A DNA stretch of 64,000 bases. Origin: an uncultured Actinomycetota bacterium (GTDB taxonomy: Bacteria; Actinomycetota; Actinomycetes; Mycobacteriales; Pseudonocardiaceae). The notes under the pieces were generated by a model that was not told the DNA's origin, searched no databases, and was given only the letters and a program-made list of their open reading frames with translations. Every line of letters begins with the position of its first letter. Positions within the stretch are counted from its first letter, which is position 1. Where the stretch lies: NCBI GenBank assembly GCA_963816995.1, contig CAWFMI010000004.1, forward strand, positions 95,973 to 159,972, in the 5' to 3' direction. A program made the position numbers and the translations under genes. This document shows, in pieces, positions 16,527 to 25,251 of this stretch.

Positions 16527-18331
16527 GACGGCTCCATCAGCGCGCGGGCCCGGGTGGCGAGCCCCGCGACGCGCTCCAGCTCCGCCTTGAGGTCCCCGAT
16601 CCGGGTACCGCGTTCGGCCTGTGTCGCCTTCACCGCGCTCTGCGCCGCCGCCACGGACCCCGCCATCGACGTCTGCATCTCCTCGGCGAGTGTGGTGAAG
16701 TGGTCCCGCAGCGTGCGGTGGGTGCGTCGGAGCAGGTCCCGGGAGTCCTTGCCCACCTGGAACTGCACCTCGTCGATGTGCTTGCGCACGAGCATCTTGG
16801 CCTCGGCCTGCCGGCGTGCCAGCTCCCGCTTCCGCTCATCCTTGATCTGCTTGCGTCCGAGGAGGAGCGCGCCACCGACCGCCGCGAACGGGGCGGCGAT
16901 GGCCAGCCCGGGGATGAGGCTGAGCGGCATGAAGAACATCAGTCCGCCCATGTACCCGCCGCGCAGCCCGCTGAGCGCCCGCTCACCGAGCCCCACGGGC
17001 GTCGTGTCGGGCCGCTCGATCCTGGCGACCCGGGGGGCCGGCCCGGTGACGGCCACGGGCAGCTCGGGGAGGGCGACCCGCCCGTCCTCGGCGAACAGCT
17101 CGGCCACCCGGCGGGCGAGCGCCTCGGCGCGCTCGCTCGCCCAGACGAAGTTGGCCGATGCCGCGCTGGTGACCTGGTGTTGCACCCACTTGGCGAGCTG
17201 GTCCCACACGTCCGCCGGATCGGCGTCCTCGGCGAGCGTCTCCGCCTCCCTCATGACGGTCCGGAGCCGGTCGCGCAGGTCGTGATCGATGTCGGCGGTG
17301 AGGTCGGCGACGGCGTCGTTGAGGGTGACCTGCCAGCGAGCCGTGCGCTCCTTGAGCCCGGTGGCCGACTTTCTCGCCTTCTCCAGCTCGGCCACCAGCT
17401 CCTTGGCCCGCTCCGGGTTCTCCTGCGCGGTGAGCTCGGCGCTCATCGTGGTCGTGATCTGCTCGCAGACGCTCAGGATGTCCCGGCCGGTGGAACGGCG
17501 GGCGAGCAGCTCGGCCTGGCCCAGCACCCGCTCACGCAGGTACGTGACCAGCACCGGGTAGCCGGATTCGTCGTTGAGCGCGTGGTTCTTCGTGCGCAGC
17601 GCGAGCTGGCGCACCGTCGACGAGACCGGGATCAGCTCGGTGTCGACCCCGGCGGTGGCGAGGTGCCCGCGGTCCAACTCGGCGATCCGCCGCCACGCCG
17701 GATAGAGGTCGATCTTGGTGAGCACCGCGGCGACGTTCGGGCACATCTGCATCGCGGTCGCCAGGAAGTCGAGCTCCGGCCTCGTGTACTCCTGTGCGGC
17801 GTCGGACACCAGCACCACCGCGTCGGCCCCCGCGATCGCGGCCATCGTCGCGGAGCCGTGCGCGGACCCCAACCCACCCACGCCCGGCGTGTCGACGAGC
17901 ACCAGCCCGCCGGCGAGCAACGAGCGCGGCAGACCCACCTCCGCGTAGGAGATCCGCTGCCGGTTGTCCGGGTTCCCGGACTCGGAGACGTGCTGGGCCA
18001 ACTGCCCGATGGGGATCTCGGTTCGTTTCGGCTCGGCCCCCTCGGCCCCTTCGGCCGGCTCCCGTACCAGGGCCGCCGTCGGCGCGGCGGCATGCCGCAC
18101 CATCGTCGGCACCGCGGTGGCGACGTCGTCGTCCACCGGGCAGACCGACGCCGACACGAGCGAGTTGACCAGCAGGCTCTTGCCCTGCTTGAACTCGCCG
18201 ACGACGAGCACCCGCACGTTCGAACCGGTCAGCCGTTCCCGCGAGCGGGCCAGCTTCGCCGTGAGATCCGGCCGCCCGTAGGCCTCCGTCGCCTTGCGGG
18301 CCACGTCGACCAGCTGGATCGCCTCGGACAC
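16523..18331 (-). CDS. Dynamin-like GTPase, IniA-like, with a hydrophobic membrane-insertion segment
   Basis: G1 VLVVGEFKQGKSLLVNSL, G3 LVDTPGVGG, G4 LTKIDL and hydrophobic GGLMFFMPLSLIPGLAIAAPFAAVGGALLLG. Start set to GTG 18331, which follows GGGGGAG; the 178-aa low-complexity extension of the listed ORF is rejected. Confidence 0.85.
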   Translation of the reverse strand: MSEAIQLVDVARKATEAYGRPDLTAKLARSRERLTGSNVRVLVVGEFKQGKSLLVNSLVSASVCPVDDDVATAVPTMVRHAAAPTAALVREPAEGAEGAEPKRTEIPIGQLAQHVSESGNPDNRQRISYAEVGLPRSLLAGGLVLVDTPGVGGLGSAHGSATMAAIAGADAVVLVSDAAQEYTRPELDFLATAMQMCPNVAAVLTKIDLYPAWRRIAELDRGHLATAGVDTELIPVSSTVRQLALRTKNHALNDESGYPVLVTYLRERVLGQAELLARRSTGRDILSVCEQITTTMSAELTAQENPERAKELVAELEKARKSATGLKERTARWQVTLNDAVADLTADIDHDLRDRLRTVMREAETLAEDADPADVWDQLAKWVQHQVTSAASANFVWASERAEALARRVAELFAEDGRVALPELPVAVTGPAPRVARIERPDTTPVGLGERALSGLRGGYMGGLMFFMPLSLIPGLAIAAPFAAVGGALLLGRKQIKDERKRELARRQAEAKMLVRKHIDEVQFQVGKDSRDLLRRTHRTLRDHFTTLAEEMQTSMAGSVAAAQSAVKATQAERGTRIGDLKAELERVAGLATRARALMEPS

Positions 18332-18416
18332 CGCCACAGCTCCCCCTTGTTCACGACGGACGGCCGACCCAGCGCCCCGGAGGATGCTGAGCCGGCCTGG
18401 TGGTCCGGGATCTGGA

Positions 18417-19409
18417 TCAGAAGTCGACCGTCTGGTCGCCGCTGTCGACGTCGATGTCGACGTCGGCGTCGCCACCGTCGGCGTCGCCGCCGGCGCCACC
18501 GTCCGCGCTGCCACCGGTCCCGGAGCCGCCAGAACCGCCGGAGCCGCCGTCGCCACCGTCGATGTCCGGGAAGCTGCTGCTGTCGGCGTCGACGCCGCCC
18601 CCGGCACCGCCGGCACCGCCGGCGCCACCGGTCCCGGCACCGCCCGTGCCGCCGTCGCCGCCGTCGGCGCTGGCGTCCCCGCCGGTCGTGTCTCCGACCT
18701 CGATGTCGGTGTCGTTGTCCTGCTGCTGGTTGACCTGCTTGTTGTTGTCACCGAGGGCGGCGTTGTTGGACTGCTGCCCACTGCCGAAGTTGTCGTTGCC
18801 GCTGCCGACGCTCGTGGCGTCGCCGAACACGCTGCCCGCGCTTCCGTCGGTGGCCGTGACGTCACCGGTGTTCGCCTGGTTCTCGTCGCCCTGCTGCAGC
18901 ACGCCGCCGTCGTCGACGTCGCCCGTGTTGACGTTCGTGTCGTCGAGCTCGCTGTCGCGGATCAGGACGCCGTCCTCACCGACGGTGTTCTCGCTGTTGT
19001 CGATGTCGAAGTCCTGATTGACGTCCCCACCCGCGGTGATCTGCTGGTTGATCGAGTTGTCCTCGATGTTGTTGATCGTGGTGAATTCCTGGTAGTTGTT
19101 GACCTCCTGCGTGAGGTACTGCACGTACTCCTCGGGGCTCGCGTCGTACGGCGGCGGCTCCGAAGGGGTGTATGCGGGGGCGGCCTGCGCGGCTGCCTGC
19201 GTGGCGCCCTGGGAGCCGGACTGCGCCGTGTCCAGGTTGTAGTTCCGGCTGAAGTCGGCCTGGGCGAAGTAGGTGTTCCAGCCCTCGGACAGCTCCTGGG
19301 GCGTGGTGTCGTGCTCCGCCGCGAAGTCCTGGACGTCCCCGTTCGGGTTGGCGAGCAGCCATGTGCGCAGTGCCTCGAGCAGTTCAGGGACGTTCGTGAT
19401 TGCGGTCAT
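18417..19409 (-). CDS. IniB-like, extremely acidic Asp/Asn/Gly-rich repeat protein
   Basis: ATG 19409 follows GAGGAGA. It is the first gene of the operon ahead of the two dynamin-like genes, as iniB is in mycobacterial iniBAC. The C-terminal half consists of GGxGG and D-x-D repeats. No signal peptide is seen. Confidence 0.6.
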   Translation of the reverse strand: MTAITNVPELLEALRTWLLANPNGDVQDFAAEHDTTPQELSEGWNTYFAQADFSRNYNLDTAQSGSQGATQAAAQAAPAYTPSEPPPYDASPEEYVQYLTQEVNNYQEFTTINNIEDNSINQQITAGGDVNQDFDIDNSENTVGEDGVLIRDSELDDTNVNTGDVDDGGVLQQGDENQANTGDVTATDGSAGSVFGDATSVGSGNDNFGSGQQSNNAALGDNNKQVNQQQDNDTDIEVGDTTGGDASADGGDGGTGGAGTGGAGGAGGAGGGVDADSSSFPDIDGGDGGSGGSGGSGTGGSADGGAGGDADGGDADVDIDVDSGDQTVDF

Positions 19410-19662
19410 TGAGATCGTCTCCTCGATCGTTTTCCGATTCGCGCTCCGGCGATGTGAGGAAAAGCTAGGAGCCAGCCACCGCCTGGTCATCGGGGATCGG
19501 GCGAGCGCACAACCGGCGAGCTTGTGGGGTCGACCGGTCGTTGGGGGATGAGGGATTGGGGGATCGGTCGCCCCCCGACATGGCGCGCTGCGGGTGTGAC
19601 CGACACGGGCCGGGCGCAGCGGGAGCACGGCCTCGTCACGAGCGCGCAGGCACGGAGTCCCC

Positions 19663-20841
19663 CTACCGGTTCGCGGTGTTGCGCACTCCCGCCTGATCCG
19701 CGACGAGCACCCCGACGGCGACGGCGAGCGCCACGGCCGCGGCGGCCGGGGCCACGAGGAAGGCGGCGGCGCTGCCGCCCGCGTCGGCGGCGCGGCCGGC
19801 CACCGCCTGCGCGATCGCCGTGCCGATCGGGCCGCCGGCACCGACCGTCATGAGCGCCGTCGCCGTTCCGCGACCACCGGACAGCCGTTCCGTGAGGGCG
19901 TACGCGGAGATCATGTACGGGGCGATCGTGACGCCGGCGACGGCGATCGCCACCGGAAGGTCCGCGAACCCGGCGGCCAGCCAGGAGGTGCCGAGCAGCA
20001 GGCCGACCGTGGACACCAGGTAGCGGACGCTGTCGCCGATGCGCGAGGGCAGCCACGCGTACGCGACGCCCGCGACCACGCTCCCGACGGCGAGCAGCGC
20101 ATACAGGAGGCCGGCGCTGCCCGGCTCGGCGCGCTCCGCGGCGTAACCGGTGACTCCGGTCTGCACCGCGCCGAACACGGCGCCGAGCGCCGCGGCCGCC
20201 ACCACCATCGCGGCGAGCGGACCGAACCGCGGGCGGACGGCATCGGATCGGCGGGGCGGCGCGGTCCGGGCGTAGAACAGCGCAAACGGCGCAGCCGCGC
20301 CCGCGGCGAGGAGCGCGACCGCCGAGAGCGGCGCGGCGGGCCCGATGGCGGCGGTGAGCAGGCCGACGACCACCGGTCCGGCCACGAAGCCGAGCTCGTC
20401 GGCGGCGGTCTCGTAGGACAGGGCGGTCGGCAGCAGCCCGGCCCGACCGCCGGCCCGCAGCAGCCGGGCCCAGTGCACCCGGGCCAGCGGGCCGACCGCG
20501 GGCTGCGTGAGCCCGACGGAGATCGCCGCGGCGAGCATCGCCGGACGGTCGGCCCGGCTCGCCGCGACGAGGGCGGCCGCGGACGCGGCGTGGGCGATCG
20601 CGGCGATGACACCGACCGCGCGGGGACCGAACCGGTCGGCGAGCGCGCCGACACCGATCCCGCTCGCCGCGGTGGCGACGCTCTGCGCAGCGGTCGCGGC
20701 CCCGGCGAAGGCGTAGCTGCCGGTGGCCGAGTGCAGGAGGGTGAGCGTGGCGAGCGGCGTGATCGCGAAGGGGAGCCGGGCGATCAGCCCGAGGGGCAGG
20801 AACGGTGGCGGGACGGCGCGCACGAGCAGGCGGTAGGACAC
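19663..20841 (-). CDS. MFS transporter
   Basis: About 393 aa of repeated hydrophobic helices. GTG 20841 (VSYRLLVRAV...) is chosen as the start; the upstream part of the listed ORF is Arg-rich and non-membrane-like. Confidence 0.75.
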   Translation of the reverse strand: MSYRLLVRAVPPPFLPLGLIARLPFAITPLATLTLLHSATGSYAFAGAATAAQSVATAASGIGVGALADRFGPRAVGVIAAIAHAASAAALVAASRADRPAMLAAAISVGLTQPAVGPLARVHWARLLRAGGRAGLLPTALSYETAADELGFVAGPVVVGLLTAAIGPAAPLSAVALLAAGAAAPFALFYARTAPPRRSDAVRPRFGPLAAMVVAAAALGAVFGAVQTGVTGYAAERAEPGSAGLLYALLAVGSVVAGVAYAWLPSRIGDSVRYLVSTVGLLLGTSWLAAGFADLPVAIAVAGVTIAPYMISAYALTERLSGGRGTATALMTVGAGGPIGTAIAQAVAGRAADAGGSAAAFLVAPAAAAVALAVAVGVLVADQAGVRNTANR

Positions 20842-20918
20842 CGGGCGTCTCCGAGCATGTCGAGGAGACGCGTCTACCCTGCCACCTGACGCGCGATCAG
20901 CCCGCTTGCCCGGCCAGG

Positions 20919-21314
20919 TTAGCCCTTCTTCTCGCAGGCGATCTGGATGAGATTCCCGCAGGTGTCGTCGAAGACGGCCGTGACGACCGGTCCCAGGTCG
21001 GTGGGCTCCTGCACGAACCGCACGCCCGCGGCGCTCAGGCGCTCGAACTCGGCCTGCGCGTCCTCGACGGCGAAGGACGTGAACGGGATCCCGTCCGCGA
21101 CGAGCGCTTCCTTGAACGGCCGGGCGGCCGGATGCCCGTCCGGTTCGAGCAGGAGCTCGACGCCGTCCGGGGCCGCGGGGGAGACGACCGTGAGCCACCG
21201 GGCGCCGCCGGCCGGGACGTCGGTCTTCTTCACGAAGCCGAGCACGTCCGTGTAGAAGGCCAGTGCCTTGGCCTGGTCGTCGACGAACACGCTCGTTACG
21301 TTGATCGTCAGCAT
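20919..21314 (-). CDS. VOC-family (glyoxalase/bleomycin-resistance fold) protein
   Basis: 131 aa; the VFVDDQAKALAFYTDVLGF... pattern is typical of VOC proteins. Confidence 0.75.
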   Translation of the reverse strand: MLTINVTSVFVDDQAKALAFYTDVLGFVKKTDVPAGGARWLTVVSPAAPDGVELLLEPDGHPAARPFKEALVADGIPFTSFAVEDAQAEFERLSAAGVRFVQEPTDLGPVVTAVFDDTCGNLIQIACEKKG

Positions 21315-21324
21315 CGCTGCTCCT

Positions 21325-21597
21325 CTATTCGATCGGCCAGCGCTCGACGATCGAGCGCAGGGGGGTGGTGTCGAGGTGGTGGAACTTGTAGCGGCCCTCG
21401 CGGCGGGTGCTGACCAGGCCGGCGTCCTCGAGCACCGCCAGGTGCTGGGAGATGGCCTGCCGCGTGGAGCCGAGCCCGTGCTTCATCGCCAGCCGCCCAC
21501 AGATCTCGAACAGCGTCTGGCCGTTCTTGTCGGTGAGCTCGTCGAGGATCGCCCGCCGTGTCGGGTCGGCGAGCGCCTTGAAGAGTGGATCGGGCAC
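21325..21597 (-). CDS. ArsR/SmtB-family transcriptional regulator
   Basis: FKALADPTRRAILDEL...STRQAISQHLAVLEDAGLV. GTG start 21597 is chosen; it is first in a putative ArsR-VOC-MFS operon. Confidence 0.8.
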   Translation of the reverse strand: MPDPLFKALADPTRRAILDELTDKNGQTLFEICGRLAMKHGLGSTRQAISQHLAVLEDAGLVSTRREGRYKFHHLDTTPLRSIVERWPIE

Positions 21598-21610
21598 AAG
21601 GGATTTATAT

Positions 21611-21626
21611 GCAAGCAGCCACTTGC
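21611..21626. promoter_or_regulatory. Candidate ArsR operator in the divergent promoter region
   Basis: GCAAG-CAGCCA-CTTGC inverted repeat 14 nt upstream of the ArsR start, in an AT-richer stretch (GGATTTATATGCAAG...). Confidence 0.35.
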
Positions 21627-21710
21627 CTGTCAAGCTTCCGCCGTCGAGTGTCGATTCCGGCCGGTCCCGGTTGTCGTAGTGACGACCGACCGAACGAGGA
21701 GGGATCCGAT

Positions 21711-22055
21711 ATGCAGTACCTGCTGCTGATCTGCGGTGTCGAGGGCGACGAGGCGGCACCGGAGGACCGCGGGGGCTACACCATCGAGGAGTGGGTCGAG
21801 GAGATGGACCGTCGTGGCGTGCGGCTGCGGGGCGACCGGCTGCGGCCCGCGTCCGACTCCACGACCGTGCGCGTCCGCGGCGCCGAGGTGCTGATCTCGG
21901 ACGGCCCGTTCGCCGAGACCAAGGAGCAGATGTACGGCTTCGACCTGCTGGAGTGCGCCGACCTCGACGAGGCCATCGAGGTGGCGTCCAAGCACCCGAA
22001 CGCCCGGCACGGGGTGATGGAGATCCGGCCGGTCTGGCCGCTCGACCAGGAATGA
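21711..22055 (+). CDS. YciI-family (DGPF-motif) protein
   Basis: [19 protein letters not shown] motif. ATG 21711 follows GAGGAGGG. Its stop overlaps the sigma-factor ATG (ATGA). Confidence 0.8.
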   Translation: MQYLLLICGVEGDEAAPEDRGGYTIEEWVEEMDRRGVRLRGDRLRPASDSTTVRVRGAEVLISDGPFAETKEQMYGFDLLECADLDEAIEVASKHPNARHGVMEIRPVWPLDQE

Positions 22056-23278
22056 CGGCCGCCGAGGAGGCGGTCACCGCTGCGTTCCGGGACGAGTGGG
22101 GGCGGGTCGTCGCCACCCTGATCCGGATGACCGGTGACTGGGACCTCGCGGAGGAGTGCGCGCAGGACGCCGTCGCGCAGGCGCTGGCCCGCTGGCCGCG
22201 CGACGGTGTCCCGCGCAACCCCGGCGCGTGGCTCACGACGACCGCCCGCAACGCGGCGCTCAACCGGCTCAAGCGCAGCAAGATCGAGGCGGCGAAGCTG
22301 AGGGAGGTGGCGGCGATGCCTGACGGATCCGAGGACGAGGGCGACGGGAGCGTCCTGCAGGACGACCGGCTGCGGCTGATCTTCACCTGCTGCCACCCCG
22401 CGCTCCCGTTGGAGGGCCGGGTCGCGCTGACGTTGCGCACGCTCACCGGCCTGACCACGCCGGAGATCGCGCGCGCGTTCCTCGTGCCGGAGTCGACGAT
22501 GGCCCAGCGGCTGGTGCGGGCGAAGCGCAAGATCCGGGCGGCCGGGATCCCGTACCGGGTGCCACCCGACCACCTCCTGCCCGACCGGCTGGTCGGCGTC
22601 CTCGGCGTCGTGTACCTGCTGTTCAACGAGGGCTACTCGGCCGCCGTCGGACCCGATCTCGTGCGGCTCGATCTCTGCGCCGAGGCGATCCGCCTCGCCC
22701 GCACCCTCGCTGCGCTCATGCCCGACGACCCCGAGGTGCTCGGCCTCACCGCCCTGCTGCTCCTGCAGCACTCCCGGCGGGCGGCCCGGCTCGACGCCGA
22801 CGGCGAACCGGTCACGCTCGAGGACCAGGACCGCAGCAAGTGGAGTCGCGACGAGATCGCGGAGGGGCTCGCGCTCCTCGACGCGGCCCTGCGCCGGAGG
22901 GAACCGGGCACGTACCAGGTGCAGGCCGCCATCGCCGCCTGCCACGCCCGGGCCGCCCGCGCGTCGGACACCGACTGGCCGCAGATCGCCGCGCTCTACG
23001 GCACCCTCGCCAAGCTCACGCCCTCGCCGGTGGTGCGGCTCAACCGTGCCGTCGCCGTCGCGATGGCCGCCGGACCGGCCGCCGGCCTCGCGCTCGTCGA
23101 CGAGTTGGGCGACGAGCTGGCCGGCTACCGGATGGTTCCCGCCACCCGAGCCGACCTGCTCCGCCGCCTGGGCCGCCCCGGCGAGGCGGCCGAGGCGTAC
23201 CGCGAGGCCTTGACGCTGACGGAGTCGGACGCCGAACGCCGCTTCCTCACCCGCCGCCTGGAGGAGGTAGAGGGCTGA
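22052..23278 (+). CDS. ECF-type sigma-70 family factor with a long C-terminal extension
   Basis: Region 2 [21 protein letters not shown] and region 4 [30 protein letters not shown], followed by a helical C-terminal extension of about 230 aa. Pairing with YciI is common. Confidence 0.85.
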   Translation: MTAAEEAVTAAFRDEWGRVVATLIRMTGDWDLAEECAQDAVAQALARWPRDGVPRNPGAWLTTTARNAALNRLKRSKIEAAKLREVAAMPDGSEDEGDGSVLQDDRLRLIFTCCHPALPLEGRVALTLRTLTGLTTPEIARAFLVPESTMAQRLVRAKRKIRAAGIPYRVPPDHLLPDRLVGVLGVVYLLFNEGYSAAVGPDLVRLDLCAEAIRLARTLAALMPDDPEVLGLTALLLLQHSRRAARLDADGEPVTLEDQDRSKWSRDEIAEGLALLDAALRRREPGTYQVQAAIAACHARAARASDTDWPQIAALYGTLAKLTPSPVVRLNRAVAVAMAAGPAAGLALVDELGDELAGYRMVPATRADLLRRLGRPGEAAEAYREALTLTESDAERRFLTRRLEEVEG

Positions 23279-23281
23279 GGG

Positions 23282-23355
23282 TCACTTCGCACACCCACTG
23301 CGCACTTCGCCCAAGGCCCGCCCTGGGTGAAGTCAGCACTCGATGTGCGAAGTGA
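23282..23355. repeat. Nested double-palindrome element, copy 1
   Basis: Outer 12-bp stem TCACTTCGCACA / TGTGCGAAGTGA is perfect. The inner imperfect stem ACTTCGCCCAAGG / CCTGGGTGAAGT surrounds a GC-rich centre. The element starts 4 nt after the sigma-factor stop. Confidence 0.85.
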
Positions 23356-23462
23356 GTCGCTCTGGGCTGATCGAGTGGGATGCCGCGAACCATCCCACGA
23401 TCGGGTGATGCTGGCCTACGCTCCGCCGTTCTGATCAAGACCCACGAAGGGCGGCGGCGCCG

Positions 23463-23942
23463 GTGCCGAAGGGCTACTACACCGATGGCGAAGGCCGCGT
23501 GCGCCCGATCGAGGGCAAGAAGGGTGGCGGAGGTCCTCTACTGGCGATCGTCCTGGTCGTCGCGATCGGCGCGGGCGGGTCGGCGAGTGTCGCCGGCACG
23601 GCGATCGGCGGTGGCGGCACCACCGCGAGCGCGAGCAGCGTGCGCGCCAGCAGCCAGGCCCGCCGGCAGGACGCGAACGCGGCTCGGGTGCGGCTGCTCA
23701 GGCAGGCACTGCGCGTCGAGCAGCACTTCGACAGCACGGACGACTGCGTCGCGCACTCCTACGGGGAGGTGCGGGAGTTCTTCCGCGAACAACCCTGCGT
23801 GGCGTTGCACCGTGCGTGGTTCGAGGTGCACGACCGACGTCGCGGCTACGTGCTCGTTGCTGTCTCGTGGGTCGAGATGCCGGACACGCGCAGCGCGCGG
23901 GAGTTCCGCGACCTGGTCGGAGGCATCGGGGTGAGCAGCTGA
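23463..23942 (+). CDS. Hypothetical single-pass membrane protein
   Basis: 159 aa with GTG start and one hydrophobic segment (PLLAIVLVVAIGAGG). The Cys-containing C-terminal domain is DCVAHSYGEVREFFREQPCVALHRAWFEV. No family recognised. Confidence 0.5.
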   Translation: MPKGYYTDGEGRVRPIEGKKGGGGPLLAIVLVVAIGAGGSASVAGTAIGGGGTTASASSVRASSQARRQDANAARVRLLRQALRVEQHFDSTDDCVAHSYGEVREFFREQPCVALHRAWFEVHDRRRGYVLVAVSWVEMPDTRSAREFRDLVGGIGVSS

Positions 23943-24012
23943 CTTCGCACATCCACCGTGCACTTCGCACAAGGCCGGCCCTATGTGAGGTCAACGCGAG
24001 ATGTGCGAAGTC
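23941..24012. repeat. Nested double-palindrome element, copy 2
   Basis: Outer 12-bp stem GACTTCGCACAT / ATGTGCGAAGTC is perfect. The inner stem CACTTCGCACAAGG / CCTATGTGAGGT is decayed. The element overlaps the TGA of the upstream ORF. Confidence 0.85.
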
Positions 24013-24106
24013 GGCCCGTCGAGGTCAGAGCAGGAACACAGCAGTCCTCCGGTGACCGGGTCGCCGTTCGGTCAGTGCGTGGGGTCGGCGATCATTCGGT
24101 GTTCCG

Positions 24107-25168
24107 TCAGGCGCGCCTCGCCGCCACCGCGGCGGCCAGCTCGTCCAGCAGCGTGGCTGTGGTGTCCCAGTCCATGCACGCGTCCGTGATGCTCTGGCCC
24201 CGGGTCATCTTCGGGCCCAGGTCCTGGCGTCCGGCGACCAGGAAGCTCTCCAGCATCACCCCGGCGATGCCCTTCTCACCTGCGCCGATCCGCTCGGCGA
24301 GCTCGTGCACGACGCCCGCCTGCCGGATGTGGTCCTTGCCGCTGTTGCCGTGGCTGGCGTCCACGATCACCCGGGCGGGCAGCCCGCCGGCGCGGAGGCG
24401 GTCGAGGGTGGCCGCCACCGAGGTGGCGTCGTGGTTGGGGCCGCCGGTGCTGCCGCGGAGGATGACGTGGCAGTCCGGGTTGCCGCTCGTCGTGATCAGC
24501 GCGGCCAGGCCGTCCGGGTTGATGCCCATGAACACGTGGCTGGCCGCGGCGGCGTTGACGCCGTCGATCGCGACCTGCACGTCGCCGTCGGTCGGGTTCT
24601 TGATCCCGACGGGCATGGAGAGCGCGCTGCAGAGCTGGCGGTGCACCTGGCTCGCCGCCGTCCGGGCGCCGATCGCGCCCCAGCTCACGACGTCCGCGAG
24701 GAACTGCGGGGTGATCGGGTCGAGGAACTCGCAGCCCACCGGCAGGCCGAGCTCCGAGACGTCCAGCAGCAGGCGGCGCGCGGCGCGCAGACCGGTGTTG
24801 ACGTCGTACGTGCCGTCCAGGCCCGGGTCGTTGATCAGGCCCTTCCAACCCACTGTCGAGCGTGGCTTCTCGAAGTAGGCGCGCATGACGACGCGCAGCT
24901 CGCCCGCCACGCGCTCGGTGTGGGCGGCCAGCCGGGCCGCGTAGTCCATGGCGGCGTCGGGGTCGTGGATGGAGCACGGGCCCACGACCACGACGAGCCG
25001 GTCGTCACGGCCGTCGAGGATGTCGACGACCTCGGCTCTGGCCCGGGTGACCGTATCCGCCACCGTCGCATCGACGGGGAGCTCGTGGCGCAGTAGGGAA
25101 GGGGACAGCAGTGGGCTGATCCGGGTGGTGCGGTGCTCGTCCAACGCGGGGACGGCGGTGAGGGTCAT
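24107..25168 (-). CDS. aroG: 3-deoxy-7-phosphoheptulonate (DAHP) synthase, class I
   Basis: 353 aa with VVVGPCSIHD and YFEKPRSTVGWKGLINDP, hallmarks of class I-alpha DAHP synthases. Confidence 0.9.
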   Translation of the reverse strand: MTLTAVPALDEHRTTRISPLLSPSLLRHELPVDATVADTVTRARAEVVDILDGRDDRLVVVVGPCSIHDPDAAMDYAARLAAHTERVAGELRVVMRAYFEKPRSTVGWKGLINDPGLDGTYDVNTGLRAARRLLLDVSELGLPVGCEFLDPITPQFLADVVSWGAIGARTAASQVHRQLCSALSMPVGIKNPTDGDVQVAIDGVNAAAASHVFMGINPDGLAALITTSGNPDCHVILRGSTGGPNHDATSVAATLDRLRAGGLPARVIVDASHGNSGKDHIRQAGVVHELAERIGAGEKGIAGVMLESFLVAGRQDLGPKMTRGQSITDACMDWDTTATLLDELAAAVAARRA

Positions 25169-25204
25169 GACGGCGCTCTCTGATTCAGGCGAGCCGCGCC
25201 CGTC

Positions 25205-25241
25205 GAGAAACCCCGCCGAGCCGGCTCGAGATCCGGCTCGG
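25205..25241 (-). terminator. Attenuator terminator-like hairpin in the aroG leader
   Basis: The minus strand reads CCGAGCCGG-ATCTCGAG-CCGGCTCGG followed by CGGGGTTTCTC. It lies between the leader ORF stop and the aroG ATG. Confidence 0.45.
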
Positions 25242-25251
25242 GGGTGGAGGG

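Noticed and set aside
16523-18865. 780-aa version of the IniA-like ORF with a Thr/Pro/Ala-rich N-terminus
   Set aside because: The extra 178 aa overlap the IniB-like gene in another frame and are low complexity. A GTG preceded by GGGGGAG at 18331 gives a normal dynamin-like N-terminus.
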